This document shows, piece after piece, positions 1 through 9,094 of a DNA stretch of 56,038 bases. A program made the translations under genes and the position numbers. Where the stretch lies: the NCBI GenBank assembly GCA_049699815.1, contig JBNAWO010000002.1, positions 1 to 56,038 on the forward strand. Direction: 5' to 3'. The stretch is from Ignavibacteria bacterium. GTDB taxonomy: Bacteria > Bacteroidota > Ignavibacteria > Ch128b. The notes beneath the pieces are model-generated. The model saw only the letters and a program-made list of their open reading frames with translations. It was not told the origin of the DNA and searched no databases. How positions within the stretch are numbered: the stretch's first letter is position 1; each line of letters opens with the position of its first letter.

Positions 1-345
1 TGTAAGTATTTCAGCCCCAGCTTTTGCTGCAAGTTTTCCAAGCTCGTAGTCGAAAATTCTTCTTTCTAAAATAAATCCTGTTCGATTAAATTTTATTTTA
101 ACTTCAGTTTCATCTGGAGCGATAAAAATAAAACTATTGATAGTTGATGCAATCCATTTTGGATCGGGAGTGATGAAAGGTTCAATTCCGTCTTTACTTA
201 CGGCTTCACCGCAACGAACTGGATAACCAACATCTCGATCTTTTTCTAAAACAAGAACAGAAACACCCTGTTCAGCAGCAAATCGTGCGGCAGTTGTTCC
301 AGCTGGTCCAGCTCCTACTACAACAACATCGTAATAATTTTTCAT
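1..345 (-). CDS. FAD-dependent oxidoreductase, geranylgeranyl reductase / FixC-like (N-terminal part; gene continues beyond window start)
   Basis: My own minus-strand translation from the ATG at 345-343 gives MKNYYDVVVVGAGPAGTTAARFAAEQGVSVLVLEKDRDVGYPVRCGEAVSKDG... This has a GxGxxG FAD Rossmann N-terminus and a PVRCGEA motif as in geranylgeranyl reductase-type flavoproteins. The frame stays open to position 1. It is absent from the ORF track because it is truncated. Confidence 0.6.
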   Translation of the reverse strand, partial: MKNYYDVVVVGAGPAGTTAARFAAEQGVSVLVLEKDRDVGYPVRCGEAVSKDGIEPFITPDPKWIASTINSFIFIAPDETEVKIKFNRTGFILERRIFDYELGKLAAKAGAEILT

Positions 346-350
346 TAAAT

Positions 351-563
351 TCAAATTGACTTTGTTTTTAGTTGTTGAAGTTTATCTTTTCTAAAAACAA
401 GAACTTCAATTGGGCAGACCCATACACATTTTGCGCAATTTGTACAGCGTTCTTCGATTATTGAAATACTTGCCTCTTTAAGTTCAATTGCGTCTTCGGG
501 GCAAACTCCCACACAGGTTCCGCAAAAGTCGCATTTATCTGGTTTGATTTCTATTAACAGCAT
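351..563 (-). CDS. 2x[4Fe-4S] dicluster ferredoxin (70 aa)
   Basis: Two canonical CxxCxxCxxxCP motifs are present (CDFCGTCVGVCP and CTNCAKCVWVCP). Its stop lies 5 nt upstream of the flavoprotein ATG. Confidence 0.85.
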   Translation of the reverse strand: MLLIEIKPDKCDFCGTCVGVCPEDAIELKEASISIIEERCTNCAKCVWVCPIEVLVFRKDKLQQLKTKSI

Positions 564-620
564 AGCTTTTCATTAAAATACATTAATAAAAAGAAATATG
601 AAATGATTTTATGGAGTGAA

Positions 621-657
621 TAAAAAAGCTGCCTCCATTTATTTGAATGAAGGCAGC
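621..657 (-). terminator. Rho-independent terminator after the lipoprotein gene
   Basis: The stem is gctgcct (628-634) paired with aggcagc (651-657). The A-run at 622-627 on the plus strand becomes a U-tract after the hairpin on the minus strand. It sits directly downstream of the stop at 666. Confidence 0.6.
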
Positions 658-665
658 GAAATTTA

Positions 666-1445
666 CTATTGAACGTTTGTTAATACTATTTCTCTTCCAA
701 AATCAATCACACCTAATAAATTTGACTTAACAGTTGGTTGATACTGCTTAACCCACCAATCAATGTTATCGTTAACCCAGATATATTGAGGCATATCGAA
801 GCTATCTACTTTCTGATTGTATGCATAGATTTCAACATTTACAAAAACTTTAACTTTATAGGCTTTGTAAGTTCCAGCTGGAACTGTGACATCCTCAAAT
901 CCTTCATTTTTGCCTTTCATTTCGAAACTTAAATTGACAAAAAAACCAGTATCAACTTGAATTGTGTAAAACCTTTTTGGTAGTATAACATATTCTGCGT
1001 TATTGCCTTTGCTTAATAATACTCGAGGTAGCCATACATAATTCTGAGTCAACTTCTTTAATGTATGTTTAAGATTAAATTTGATAGACGCATCATTAGT
1101 AAAGAAATTGGTGGTATCTGTGTACTCATATACATCTTTCCCATTTACTACTCTTAAGTAGGTTGTGTCATTATAAGACTGAGAATAATTTACAGAAACA
1201 AATGCATCGTTAACCCCACCGATGCTTACATTTTTTGCAACACATCGTTCATAGTAATTATACATTTCGCTGGTTCTATTATTCAGGGAGTCTAAAACAT
1301 ACTCGGTAAAATAATAACTTTTCCCTACTTGTGGTTCAAGTGAAAATTGGATATCTGGTCCAGTTGGACCTTCATCTTTTTTCTCGCAACTCGTTAAAAG
1401 AATTGAAAGGAAAAGGATAGAAGTTATAATTAATAACTTTTTCAT
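666..1445 (-). CDS. Hypothetical lipoprotein
   Basis: The signal peptide carries a lipobox (MKKLLIITSILFLSILLTSC). I recognised no family motif. Confidence 0.55.
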   Translation of the reverse strand: MKKLLIITSILFLSILLTSCEKKDEGPTGPDIQFSLEPQVGKSYYFTEYVLDSLNNRTSEMYNYYERCVAKNVSIGGVNDAFVSVNYSQSYNDTTYLRVVNGKDVYEYTDTTNFFTNDASIKFNLKHTLKKLTQNYVWLPRVLLSKGNNAEYVILPKRFYTIQVDTGFFVNLSFEMKGKNEGFEDVTVPAGTYKAYKVKVFVNVEIYAYNQKVDSFDMPQYIWVNDNIDWWVKQYQPTVKSNLLGVIDFGREIVLTNVQ

Positions 1446-1560
1446 AATGATTTACTCCTCATTTTTTTATAAATTCATAAATCTCTGAATGATAAGCAAA
1501 CTAAATTTTTGTGGGAGAAGTTGGAGCAAGTAGATAAATATTTTTATGAAGGTTTTTGAA

Positions 1561-3495
1561 TTATTCAATAGGCAGATAAATTCTAACAATTGTTCCTTTA
1601 TCCACTTCGGAAACAATTTCAATTTTTCCGCCCAAAAGTTCGATCAATTTTTTAGATAAATACAGGCCAATTCCAATACCTTCGTATTTCCTATCCAGTC
1701 CAGTGGAAGCTTGAGTAAATGATTCGAAGAGTTTTTCTTTAAATTTTTCTGAAATTCCGATCCCAGTATCAATAACTTCAATTACTCCATATTTAATCTT
1801 ATCAACATCTTCTTTGATATATGTTTTAACTCTTACACCGCCTTTTTCAGTGAATTTAATTGCATTATCGATTAAATTATTAAGAACTAAGGTTAATCTT
1901 TTTGGATCGGTGAGAAGTGAAAAATCATCTTCATATATTTTGTCAAGAAAAAGATTTTTTTCTTTTGCCTGAGTTATAAATGAGTTTATAATTGGGTCAA
2001 TAATTAAATTGATATTTATTTTCTCAAAACTTAATTCTGATTTTGAGGATTCAATTAAAGAAATTTCAATGATGTTATCCATCAAGTTCAGGAGCCGCAT
2101 TCCGCCACGTTTTATACTCCTGGCAAATTCAGTTAATTCAGGGAAGTTCAATTCATTTAATTCGGAAATTAATAATTCACTAAAACCAAGAATTGAATTG
2201 AGTGGAGTTCTGATTTCATGACTTATGTTCAAAAGGAAACTGCTTTTTAGATTATTAAGCTCTTCAATCTTTTCTTTTTCCTCTCTTAAAAGCTCATACA
2301 TCATTTTTTGGTCTGTTATATCTTTATACAAACCAAAAATTCCTATTCTCTCCCCTTTGTGTAAAATTGGATAGCCAATTACAAGCACATCAATTAGTGA
2401 ACCATCTTTCCGCATCCTTTTTGTTTCAGTTATAATAATTTCATCACTCAGAACTTTGTTTGAAAGAGCTAACCCTTCTGATTTTCTATCTGGTGGAACA
2501 ATTAATTGGTTTAAAGTTAAATTTTTAACTTCATCTCGTTTAAAGAAGAATAAATCTTCAAATGCTTTGTTGATATCAATGATTCTATCATTTCGATCGA
2601 GGATGACAATTGCAATTGGTGAATTTTCAAAAAGTTGCTTGAAAAATTCTCTTTGAATTTCGAGTTGTTCTTCGGCTTTAACTTTTTCTGTAATATCAAA
2701 AATATAACCTTCGAGGTAATTGTCTTCTTCTTTTTCTCCTCGAATTACTGCCCCTTGTTCCCAGACCCATTTTATTTTTCCATCTTTAGTTCGAATTCGA
2801 TAAGTCAATTGAAAAGGTTTGTTCTGTTTTATTGCTTCATCAATTTGCAATTGAACTTTTTCACTATCTTCATCTAAAATTAATTCACTAAAGTTTATAG
2901 TTTTTTTGATAAAATCATCTGAATTGTATCCTGTAAGTTCAAAGCACTTTGAACTGATTTCTTCCATTGTATGGTTTGGATCATTTTTACATTTGTAGAT
3001 CACGCCCGGCAAATTTTCAATTAATGTTTTATAACTCATCTGATAAGTGATAAATTGATCAAGAATGTGCAGATTTTCTGTAATGTCAATCCCGAAAGAA
3101 AGTGTTCCTATGATTTTATCATCTTGTTTCAGAACAGAATTTCGCCAGCTTATATATCTTTCTTTTCCTTCTTTTGTTAGAATTGGGTTTTCAAAAATTT
3201 CGACTATTTCGTTTTTCTGTTGAAATTCTTCAAAGATTTTCCAGACTTGAGGATATTTATTTTTTGGAACGAGAGTCTCGAACCAATTTTTACCAATAAT
3301 TTCCTCTTTTGTATAACCTGTTATCTTCTCAACAGCTTTATTGACTAATATAACTTTCCCTTCAGTATCAAGTTCTACAACAATCACATTTGGTGTTTGT
3401 AAGATCTCATTAGTGAAGGTTTGATACCAGCTTAATTTTTTCTCTAATTCACTAATTTTTTCTTTTAAGATTTCAATTTCTGATTTTGAACTCAT
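1561..3495 (-). CDS. Multi-PAS sensor histidine kinase
   Basis: An N-terminal coiled coil is followed by about three PAS-like repeats (each ending in a GxxxDIT-like block: FGIDITE, GYIFDITEK and LYKDITDQK). The HisKA H-box is SHEIRTPLNSI, and the HATPase_c has N, G1 and G2 boxes (NLIDNAIKFT, DTGIGI, GIGIGL). No receiver domain or response regulator lies nearby. Confidence 0.9.
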   Translation of the reverse strand: MSSKSEIEILKEKISELEKKLSWYQTFTNEILQTPNVIVVELDTEGKVILVNKAVEKITGYTKEEIIGKNWFETLVPKNKYPQVWKIFEEFQQKNEIVEIFENPILTKEGKERYISWRNSVLKQDDKIIGTLSFGIDITENLHILDQFITYQMSYKTLIENLPGVIYKCKNDPNHTMEEISSKCFELTGYNSDDFIKKTINFSELILDEDSEKVQLQIDEAIKQNKPFQLTYRIRTKDGKIKWVWEQGAVIRGEKEEDNYLEGYIFDITEKVKAEEQLEIQREFFKQLFENSPIAIVILDRNDRIIDINKAFEDLFFFKRDEVKNLTLNQLIVPPDRKSEGLALSNKVLSDEIIITETKRMRKDGSLIDVLVIGYPILHKGERIGIFGLYKDITDQKMMYELLREEKEKIEELNNLKSSFLLNISHEIRTPLNSILGFSELLISELNELNFPELTEFARSIKRGGMRLLNLMDNIIEISLIESSKSELSFEKININLIIDPIINSFITQAKEKNLFLDKIYEDDFSLLTDPKRLTLVLNNLIDNAIKFTEKGGVRVKTYIKEDVDKIKYGVIEVIDTGIGISEKFKEKLFESFTQASTGLDRKYEGIGIGLYLSKKLIELLGGKIEIVSEVDKGTIVRIYLPIE

Positions 3496-3511
3496 TGATT
3501 TACAATTATTA

Positions 3512-4045
3512 TTATTTGTTTGAGCTATTTGGTGTTGGATTCATAAATTTCCAGAAATCCGCACCATCGGGGAATCTTCCAAAGGAAGTATCTGTTTTTT
3601 GTGGGCCATAGGTTATTGTATCAATTGTTTCTAAAGAAAGAGAAAAAATTCCAATTTGCTCACCAACTGCTGATAATTTGAAATTTGAGTGTAAAATTCC
3701 CTGAGCTGAGTCTTCATCACACCAAATTAAAACCCATCGTTTGGGTTGAAGTTTTAAATCTGGCATTCGCCATTTATTCTTTTTGTTGAAATCATCGGTG
3801 AGGTAGAAAGAACTTAGGTTAATTGTCGTATCTTCACCATTGAAAAGTTCGACCCAATCATCGAATTGATTTTTTTCATCTGCGATGGTGGATTTATTTG
3901 ACGCCATAAATTCATTAATGTAAAGTTTTAATCGCCGGGGTTGTTCTTTTGTCTCGGGTTCAGTAGGCTTATCGCAGGCGTGAATTGCAAAAATGATCAC
4001 GACAATAAAAATCAAAAATGAAAAGTGCTTAAAATTATAGAACAT
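3512..4045 (-). CDS. Lamin-tail-domain (LTD) lipoprotein
   Basis: The signal peptide ends in AIHAC. The motif INEFMASN...DDWVELFN...FYLTDD is characteristic of the LTD fold. It overlaps the upstream porin gene by 11 nt. Confidence 0.6.
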   Translation of the reverse strand: MFYNFKHFSFLIFIVVIIFAIHACDKPTEPETKEQPRRLKLYINEFMASNKSTIADEKNQFDDWVELFNGEDTTINLSSFYLTDDFNKKNKWRMPDLKLQPKRWVLIWCDEDSAQGILHSNFKLSAVGEQIGIFSLSLETIDTITYGPQKTDTSFGRFPDGADFWKFMNPTPNSSNK

Positions 4046-4991
4046 ATGAAGCCCCTAAAATTAGAGTATTTTCAAATTTTGAAGATTTCTTTTCAGTAAG
4101 CCAGTTTATGCTGAGTCTGAATTCTTTCAAAGGTCTATAATCAATCTTTGCTTCAAAAAAATTTGAAGGCGATTTCTTGATATTACTGAAGTATTGACTG
4201 AAGCGAGTTCCAAAAACAAAATCATTAATTTTATACTCGATTGAAAAATATTCTCCGCCTGTCATTGTGCTTGAATCTTTGCGTCCCAAGAGAATTTCAG
4301 ATGAGAAAGAAAGATTATCGATGAGATCAATTTCAAAATCAAATCCATTGGCAACGAAATATTTTGAAGTTAAAGAATCAAACTTTTGAGTAGAATTTAT
4401 TCCGAATGATAAGTTTTTGTAATTAATCTCTAATCTTTGAGCATAAGTCTTTGAATTATTGTAATCTCCATCTAAATCACCTTTGTTACCATTAAATATT
4501 CCTGCTGTAAGATTTACTTTGATTTTTTCGATTTTTGTATAAAACGAAGCAAGTAATCCTATATCTCTTCCTGCAAAGGCAAGATCATTAAATTCTTTTA
4601 CAACTTTTGTTCTTTCAAAATATTGGATGTTTTTAACTGAAATAAGTCTTTCCCTCGAAAAAGGAATCTTCTGCCGACCAAAATATAAAGTAAAGTTTTG
4701 ATTTAGATTGAAGCCGATTTTTGCATCTTTTACTAATAAATTTTGATCCAACGGGTCAATTTCTATTACAGCATCAAATCGATCGTTGATTTTGCTTTTA
4801 GCACCTAATCTAAATCTATTAATTAAGAATTCATTATGGGTAAACTTATTGTTTGAAAGTTGAAGTTTATAAATAGGTTGAACAAAACCTTCAAGAGTTG
4901 TGTTTGTATTCCCAATTTTTTGGGCAAAAATTTGTGCAGAAATAAGAAAAGTAAACAGTGTAATTTTTACCGCTTTCAACTTAATCTCCAA
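4035..4991 (-). CDS. Outer-membrane beta-barrel, phosphate-selective porin O/P-like
   Basis: The signal peptide ends in IFAQK. Beta-strand sequence alternates throughout. The block KDAKIGF...LYFGRQKIPFSRERLIS...QYFERT resembles the PorinO_P signature. Confidence 0.55.
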   Translation of the reverse strand: MEIKLKAVKITLFTFLISAQIFAQKIGNTNTTLEGFVQPIYKLQLSNNKFTHNEFLINRFRLGAKSKINDRFDAVIEIDPLDQNLLVKDAKIGFNLNQNFTLYFGRQKIPFSRERLISVKNIQYFERTKVVKEFNDLAFAGRDIGLLASFYTKIEKIKVNLTAGIFNGNKGDLDGDYNNSKTYAQRLEINYKNLSFGINSTQKFDSLTSKYFVANGFDFEIDLIDNLSFSSEILLGRKDSSTMTGGEYFSIEYKINDFVFGTRFSQYFSNIKKSPSNFFEAKIDYRPLKEFRLSINWLTEKKSSKFENTLILGASYVL

Positions 4992-5808
4992 TTGATTTTA
5001 CAGAGAAATAATCACTTACTTTATCGGCTTTCTTTTCTGTCCACATCACATCGATAACTTCAAATTTAAGTTCTCTAAGTTTTTGCGTAATCATATCTTT
5101 TAGATCTAAATTATCAAGGACAATATCGTAACTCAAAACCGTTTGTTCCGGGGCTGATTTTTTTTCTTTAGCTGATATGAATTTATAGTTTAAATTTTCC
5201 TTTGAAAATAATTCATCGATATCTTCAATTAAAACCTGAGTAGCTACACTTGGAATCGATATCTTTAAATTAAAATTATGTTTAATATCAAATAGCCAGT
5301 TTAACAGGAATGGTGGGATGAAATTAAAAATGTTGAATCCTATTCTTACGAAGATAGTTGCAATTATAGCCAGCGCATACAAACCGACACCGCAAGCCAT
5401 ACCAATTCCAAGCGAAATAATCAATGAACTCGCTTCTCTTGGACTGCTCAAACTATAACGATATCTTACAATTGTTGCAGCACCCATCAAACCAAACGCT
5501 CTTGCAATTTCAGAACCAATAATCATCATCATCAATGATGCCGCAAAAGCAAGAATGATGTGAGCTTCCATAACAGCAAGTCCATAAGCATCAATTTTTC
5601 TTCGATATGATACAACTGCACCTAAAAATCCAGCTAAGAAAAATGAGAAAATTGTTAATGATAAACTATGACTTCCACCAATTTTCGGCAGAGTGTGTTG
5701 GTCCTGGAAAATTTTAATTATATCATTTTGGGCAAATGCGGATACAGTAAGTAAAGTGATAACCAGAAAAATTGCGCCTGCATATTTTGATATATTAGTT
5801 TTCATCAT
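4981..5808 (-). CDS. Integral membrane protein, DUF4956-like (MgtC-like topology) with a soluble C-terminal domain
   Basis: It has several TM helices. The block GAATIVRYRYSLSSPREASSLIISLGIGMACGVGLY resembles the IVR(F/Y)R core of DUF4956, the family usually found beside VTC/CotH genes. The C-terminal 90 aa are hydrophilic. Family assignment is from memory only. Confidence 0.4.
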   Translation of the reverse strand: MMKTNISKYAGAIFLVITLLTVSAFAQNDIIKIFQDQHTLPKIGGSHSLSLTIFSFFLAGFLGAVVSYRRKIDAYGLAVMEAHIILAFAASLMMMIIGSEIARAFGLMGAATIVRYRYSLSSPREASSLIISLGIGMACGVGLYALAIIATIFVRIGFNIFNFIPPFLLNWLFDIKHNFNLKISIPSVATQVLIEDIDELFSKENLNYKFISAKEKKSAPEQTVLSYDIVLDNLDLKDMITQKLRELKFEVIDVMWTEKKADKVSDYFSVKSIGD

Positions 5809-5891
5809 CTTAACAAGAATTTTTTCTAAATTTATTATACTTTCAACTAAAAATGAAATTTTTTATTAGAGCTTTATTAACTTGCAATTAG

Positions 5892-5899
5892 TAGTTTTG
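5892..5899 (+). promoter_or_regulatory. Candidate -7 promoter box TAGTTTTG (TAnnTTTG type)
   Basis: It matches the Bacteroidetes-type -7 consensus exactly and lies 56 nt upstream of the larE ATG. Confidence 0.3.
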
Positions 5900-5954
5900 C
5901 TTGATAATAACAATTAATCGAACCTAAATAAACTAACAATTAATTATAAGAGCT

Positions 5955-6773
5955 ATGATAAACGAAAAAATAAAAAATCTTGAAGAGTTGATAAATTCTT
6001 ATGAAAGAGTGATAGTGGGTTTTTCTGGTGGAGTTGATTCAACACTTGTGTCTTTTATTGCAAGTAAAGTTTTAGGACAAAATGCCTTAATTGTTCTTGC
6101 ACGAACAGAAACAATTTTAGAGGAAGATGTTCAGCTTGCAAGAGAGATTGCTTGGAAATTCAATTTCAATTACAGAGAAATTGAATACAACGAACTCGAA
6201 ATAGAAAATTATGCTTTGAACCCAATAAATCGTTGTTACTTCTGTAAATCAGAACTTTACACACGACTAATACAAATTGCAATCACTGAAAAAATAAAAT
6301 ACATTTTAGATGGAGCAAATCTCGATGATTTAGGTGACTACCGGCCTGGTAGAAAAGCAGCCCAAGAAAAGAAAATAAAATCACCTTTGATTGAGTGTGG
6401 TTTTACAAAAAAAGAAGTTCGTCAGGCTGCTTTAATTTTAGGACTTCCAAATCACGATAAGCCCGCAGCACCCTGCCTTTCTTCCAGGATTCCTTACGGT
6501 ACACCAATAGATAAAAAATCACTTGAAATGATTGCAAATGGTGAGAGATTTTTACATCAAATTGGATTTATTAATGTTAGAGTTCGACATTTTGGCGAAA
6601 AAGCAAGAATTGAAGTTGATAAAGAGATGATCGAAAAATTGTACAATAACATTGAAAAGGTTCAAGAATATTTTCAGATTATTGGCTACAAAGAAATTGA
6701 AGTTGATCCCGAAGGATTTGCGTCTGGAAAATTAAATAAAAATATCATTGACAAAATTGAAATTGTAAGATGA
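5955..6773 (+). CDS. larE: ATP-dependent sacrificial sulfur transferase LarE (PP-loop ATPase)
   Basis: The PP-loop is SGGVDS. The motif PAAPCLSSRIPYG carries the sulfur-donating Cys typical of LarE/TIGR00268 proteins. Length is 272 aa. Confidence 0.8.
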   Translation: MINEKIKNLEELINSYERVIVGFSGGVDSTLVSFIASKVLGQNALIVLARTETILEEDVQLAREIAWKFNFNYREIEYNELEIENYALNPINRCYFCKSELYTRLIQIAITEKIKYILDGANLDDLGDYRPGRKAAQEKKIKSPLIECGFTKKEVRQAALILGLPNHDKPAAPCLSSRIPYGTPIDKKSLEMIANGERFLHQIGFINVRVRHFGEKARIEVDKEMIEKLYNNIEKVQEYFQIIGYKEIEVDPEGFASGKLNKNIIDKIEIVR

Positions 6774-7537
6774 AGAAAAATCTTAAAGAGATTTTACAAG
6801 ACTTCAAAAATTCTAAGTTGAGTCTTCAAGATGCTTTGCATCTAATTGAACAAAAACAATCCGCAATAAACCTTGATTTTGCATCTCTTGATATTCACCG
6901 TGAGAATAGAACAGGCATTCCAGAAATTATTTTTTGTGAAAATAAATCGACAGATAAAATCCTGAAGATTATCAAAAATATTTTGAGTGAGAAAGATTTA
7001 GTAATTGGGAGTCGATGTTCTGAAGAAAAATTAAAATTGATCAAAAGAAAATATCCAGAAGGCACATATTCAATTGAGGGCAGAGCATTTTTTATTGGGA
7101 AGGCAAAAGAAAAAATTGCTGGTAAAGTCGGCTTAATTACAGCTGGCATTACTGATATTTCTGTAACTGAAGAAGCATCAATCGTTTTAGAAGCACTTGG
7201 AATTAATCATGAAAAATTTTACGACATTGGGGTTGCAGGAATCCATCGTTTGTTTTCCAGAGTAGATAAAATAAATTCTTGTGATGTTTTAATTGTAGCT
7301 GCAGGGATGGAAGGAGCTTTACCTTCAGTAATTGGAGGAATGTTTTCTCAACCTATAATTGCAATTCCAACCAGCATTGGATATGGAACTTCTTTAAATG
7401 GTTTTACTGCATTATTTGCAATTTTGACGAGTTGCTCACCAGGGATCACAGTCGTAAATATTAATAATGGAGTTGGTGCTGCTTCGGCTGCTATTAAAAT
7501 TTTGAAATTACTTAATGATAAGTTTAAAAAAGATTAA
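6770..7537 (+). CDS. larB: Nickel-pincer cofactor biosynthesis protein LarB (PurE-like carboxylase/hydrolase)
   Basis: The C-terminal PurE-like domain contains GLITAGITD and AAGMEGALPSVIGG. It overlaps larE by 4 nt (ATGA). Confidence 0.8.
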   Translation: MKKNLKEILQDFKNSKLSLQDALHLIEQKQSAINLDFASLDIHRENRTGIPEIIFCENKSTDKILKIIKNILSEKDLVIGSRCSEEKLKLIKRKYPEGTYSIEGRAFFIGKAKEKIAGKVGLITAGITDISVTEEASIVLEALGINHEKFYDIGVAGIHRLFSRVDKINSCDVLIVAAGMEGALPSVIGGMFSQPIIAIPTSIGYGTSLNGFTALFAILTSCSPGITVVNINNGVGAASAAIKILKLLNDKFKKD

Positions 7538-7545
7538 ACTATTCT

Positions 7546-9015
7546 ATGAGAGTTGCCTTTGTAACATCCGAAATGGCTCCTTTTGCGAAAGTGGGCGGAC
7601 TTGCTGATGTTGCTAAAGGTTTAACGAAAGCTTTAAGTCAACTTGGTTGCGAAGTAAAGATTTTCATTCCAAGATATTCATCAATAGATCCATGGAGAGA
7701 GGAACTTCATTATTGCTTCGATATAAATGAGATTAAGTTAAAAGTTTCTGAAAAAGAATTTTCTGTTCATACTTTCAGAAAAGAAATTCAATTGAATTCT
7801 AATTCAAAGGTTGAAGTTTATTTCGTTGATTCACCGTTCCATTTTGAGCGTGAATCTATCTATACTAATGATATAGATGAAGGCGAAAGGTATCTTCTTT
7901 TTTCCAAAGCTGTTGTTGAAATTATCCAGAGATTAAAATGGGTTCCTGATATTTTTCATATTAATGATTGGCCCACAGGTTTACTTCCAATAATTTTGAA
8001 ACATCATTATGAATGGGATTTATTATTTAAAAATTCAAAATTCCTTTTAACAATCCATAATATCGAGTATCAGGGTAATTTCTCACCTGATTTAATTTAT
8101 AGTAATTATCTTGATGGTAAATATTTTTATCCTGGTGGACCACTCGAATTTCATGGGAAAGCGTCTTTTCTAAAAGCTGGAATTGTTTTTTCTGATATCA
8201 TAACAACCGTTAGTGAGAATTACGCCAAAGAAATTTTAACTCCTGAATTTGGTGGCGGAATGGAAACCATTCTGCAAACAAAAAAAGATAAACTTTTTGG
8301 AATTTTGAATGGCGTAGACTATTCAGAATGGAACCCAAAAACAGATCAATTTATTCCGTTCAAATATTCTGAAAAATCTCTCTATCGTAAAACAAAAAAT
8401 AAAATTGTGCTGTTGAAAACATTTCATTTACCTGAGGATAAAGAAACACCTTTAATTGGAATTGTCTCGAGACTTGTTTCACAGAAAGGTTTTGATTTGA
8501 TCTTAAATGGGATTGAAGAAATCATTAAACTCAATTGCCGGTTTGTAATTCTTGGTTCTGGTGAAACTAAATACGAGGATTTTTTCAGAAGTCTTGCCTA
8601 TTCTTTCCCTGAAAAATTTGCATTAAAAATTGGATTTGATAATCATCTTGCTCATCTTATTGAAGCTGGCGCTGATATGTTTTTAATGCCTTCAAAATAT
8701 GAACCCTGCGGACTTAATCAAATTTATAGCTTGAAATATGGAACAGTCCCAATCGTTCGTAAGACCGGTGGGCTTGCGGATACAATTCGTGATTGGGATT
8801 TTTACCAGCAAATTGGTTTGCATAATGGGAATGGTTTTGTTTTCGAAGAATACTCATCAAATGCGATGATTGATGCAATTAATCGGGCTCTTCAAAAATT
8901 TCAGGATAAAAAAATCTGGAAGCAAATTCAGCTTAATGGAATGAAAGAAGATTTCTCCTGGGAAAAATCAGCTAAAAAATATTTGCAACTTTATCATCTT
9001 GCCGCAAAAATTTGA
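7546..9015 (+). CDS. glgA: Glycogen synthase (ADP-glucose type, GT5)
   Basis: The N-terminus MRVAFVTSEMAPFAKVGGLADV carries the KxGGL motif. The C-terminal GT-B motifs are PSKYEPCGLNQ and GGLADTI. Confidence 0.9.
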   Translation: MRVAFVTSEMAPFAKVGGLADVAKGLTKALSQLGCEVKIFIPRYSSIDPWREELHYCFDINEIKLKVSEKEFSVHTFRKEIQLNSNSKVEVYFVDSPFHFERESIYTNDIDEGERYLLFSKAVVEIIQRLKWVPDIFHINDWPTGLLPIILKHHYEWDLLFKNSKFLLTIHNIEYQGNFSPDLIYSNYLDGKYFYPGGPLEFHGKASFLKAGIVFSDIITTVSENYAKEILTPEFGGGMETILQTKKDKLFGILNGVDYSEWNPKTDQFIPFKYSEKSLYRKTKNKIVLLKTFHLPEDKETPLIGIVSRLVSQKGFDLILNGIEEIIKLNCRFVILGSGETKYEDFFRSLAYSFPEKFALKIGFDNHLAHLIEAGADMFLMPSKYEPCGLNQIYSLKYGTVPIVRKTGGLADTIRDWDFYQQIGLHNGNGFVFEEYSSNAMIDAINRALQKFQDKKIWKQIQLNGMKEDFSWEKSAKKYLQLYHLAAKI

Positions 9016-9094
9016 AATTAATTTATGGTTTTAATTAATCATTCTTGAATTCAAGGCCTATCTTTTCGATATTTGTAAAACCAAAGGTAATGAA

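Noticed and set aside
738-932. Many short ORFs from the six-frame track lie antisense to or inside longer, motif-supported genes. Examples are 738-932, 2009-2221, 2456-2877, 4860-5057, 6895-7149, 10168-10751, 10940-11146, 12904-13438, 14960-15196, 17946-18140, 19002-19295, 21106-21357, 23211-23525, 26605-26872, 27144-27329, 28766-28966, 30229-30682, 32584-32847, 36023-37173, 38430-38681, 39832-40044, 41625-41825, 42016-42426, 43403-43705, 45934-46170, 48103-48819, 51110-51409, 51772-51984, 52992-53577 and 55482-55670.
   Set aside because: Each is fully embedded in a longer ORF that carries clear family motifs. Their translations are low-complexity Ile/Phe/Lys/Ser-rich strings, as expected from the complement of AT-rich coding sequence. 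None has an RBS or a recognisable domain.
9016-9094. A possible terminator after glgA (cttgaattcaag palindrome), and a similarly weak hairpin after phnE at about 11893-11907.
   Set aside because: The stems are only 5-6 bp, AT-rich and lack convincing U-tracts, which is too weak to annotate.
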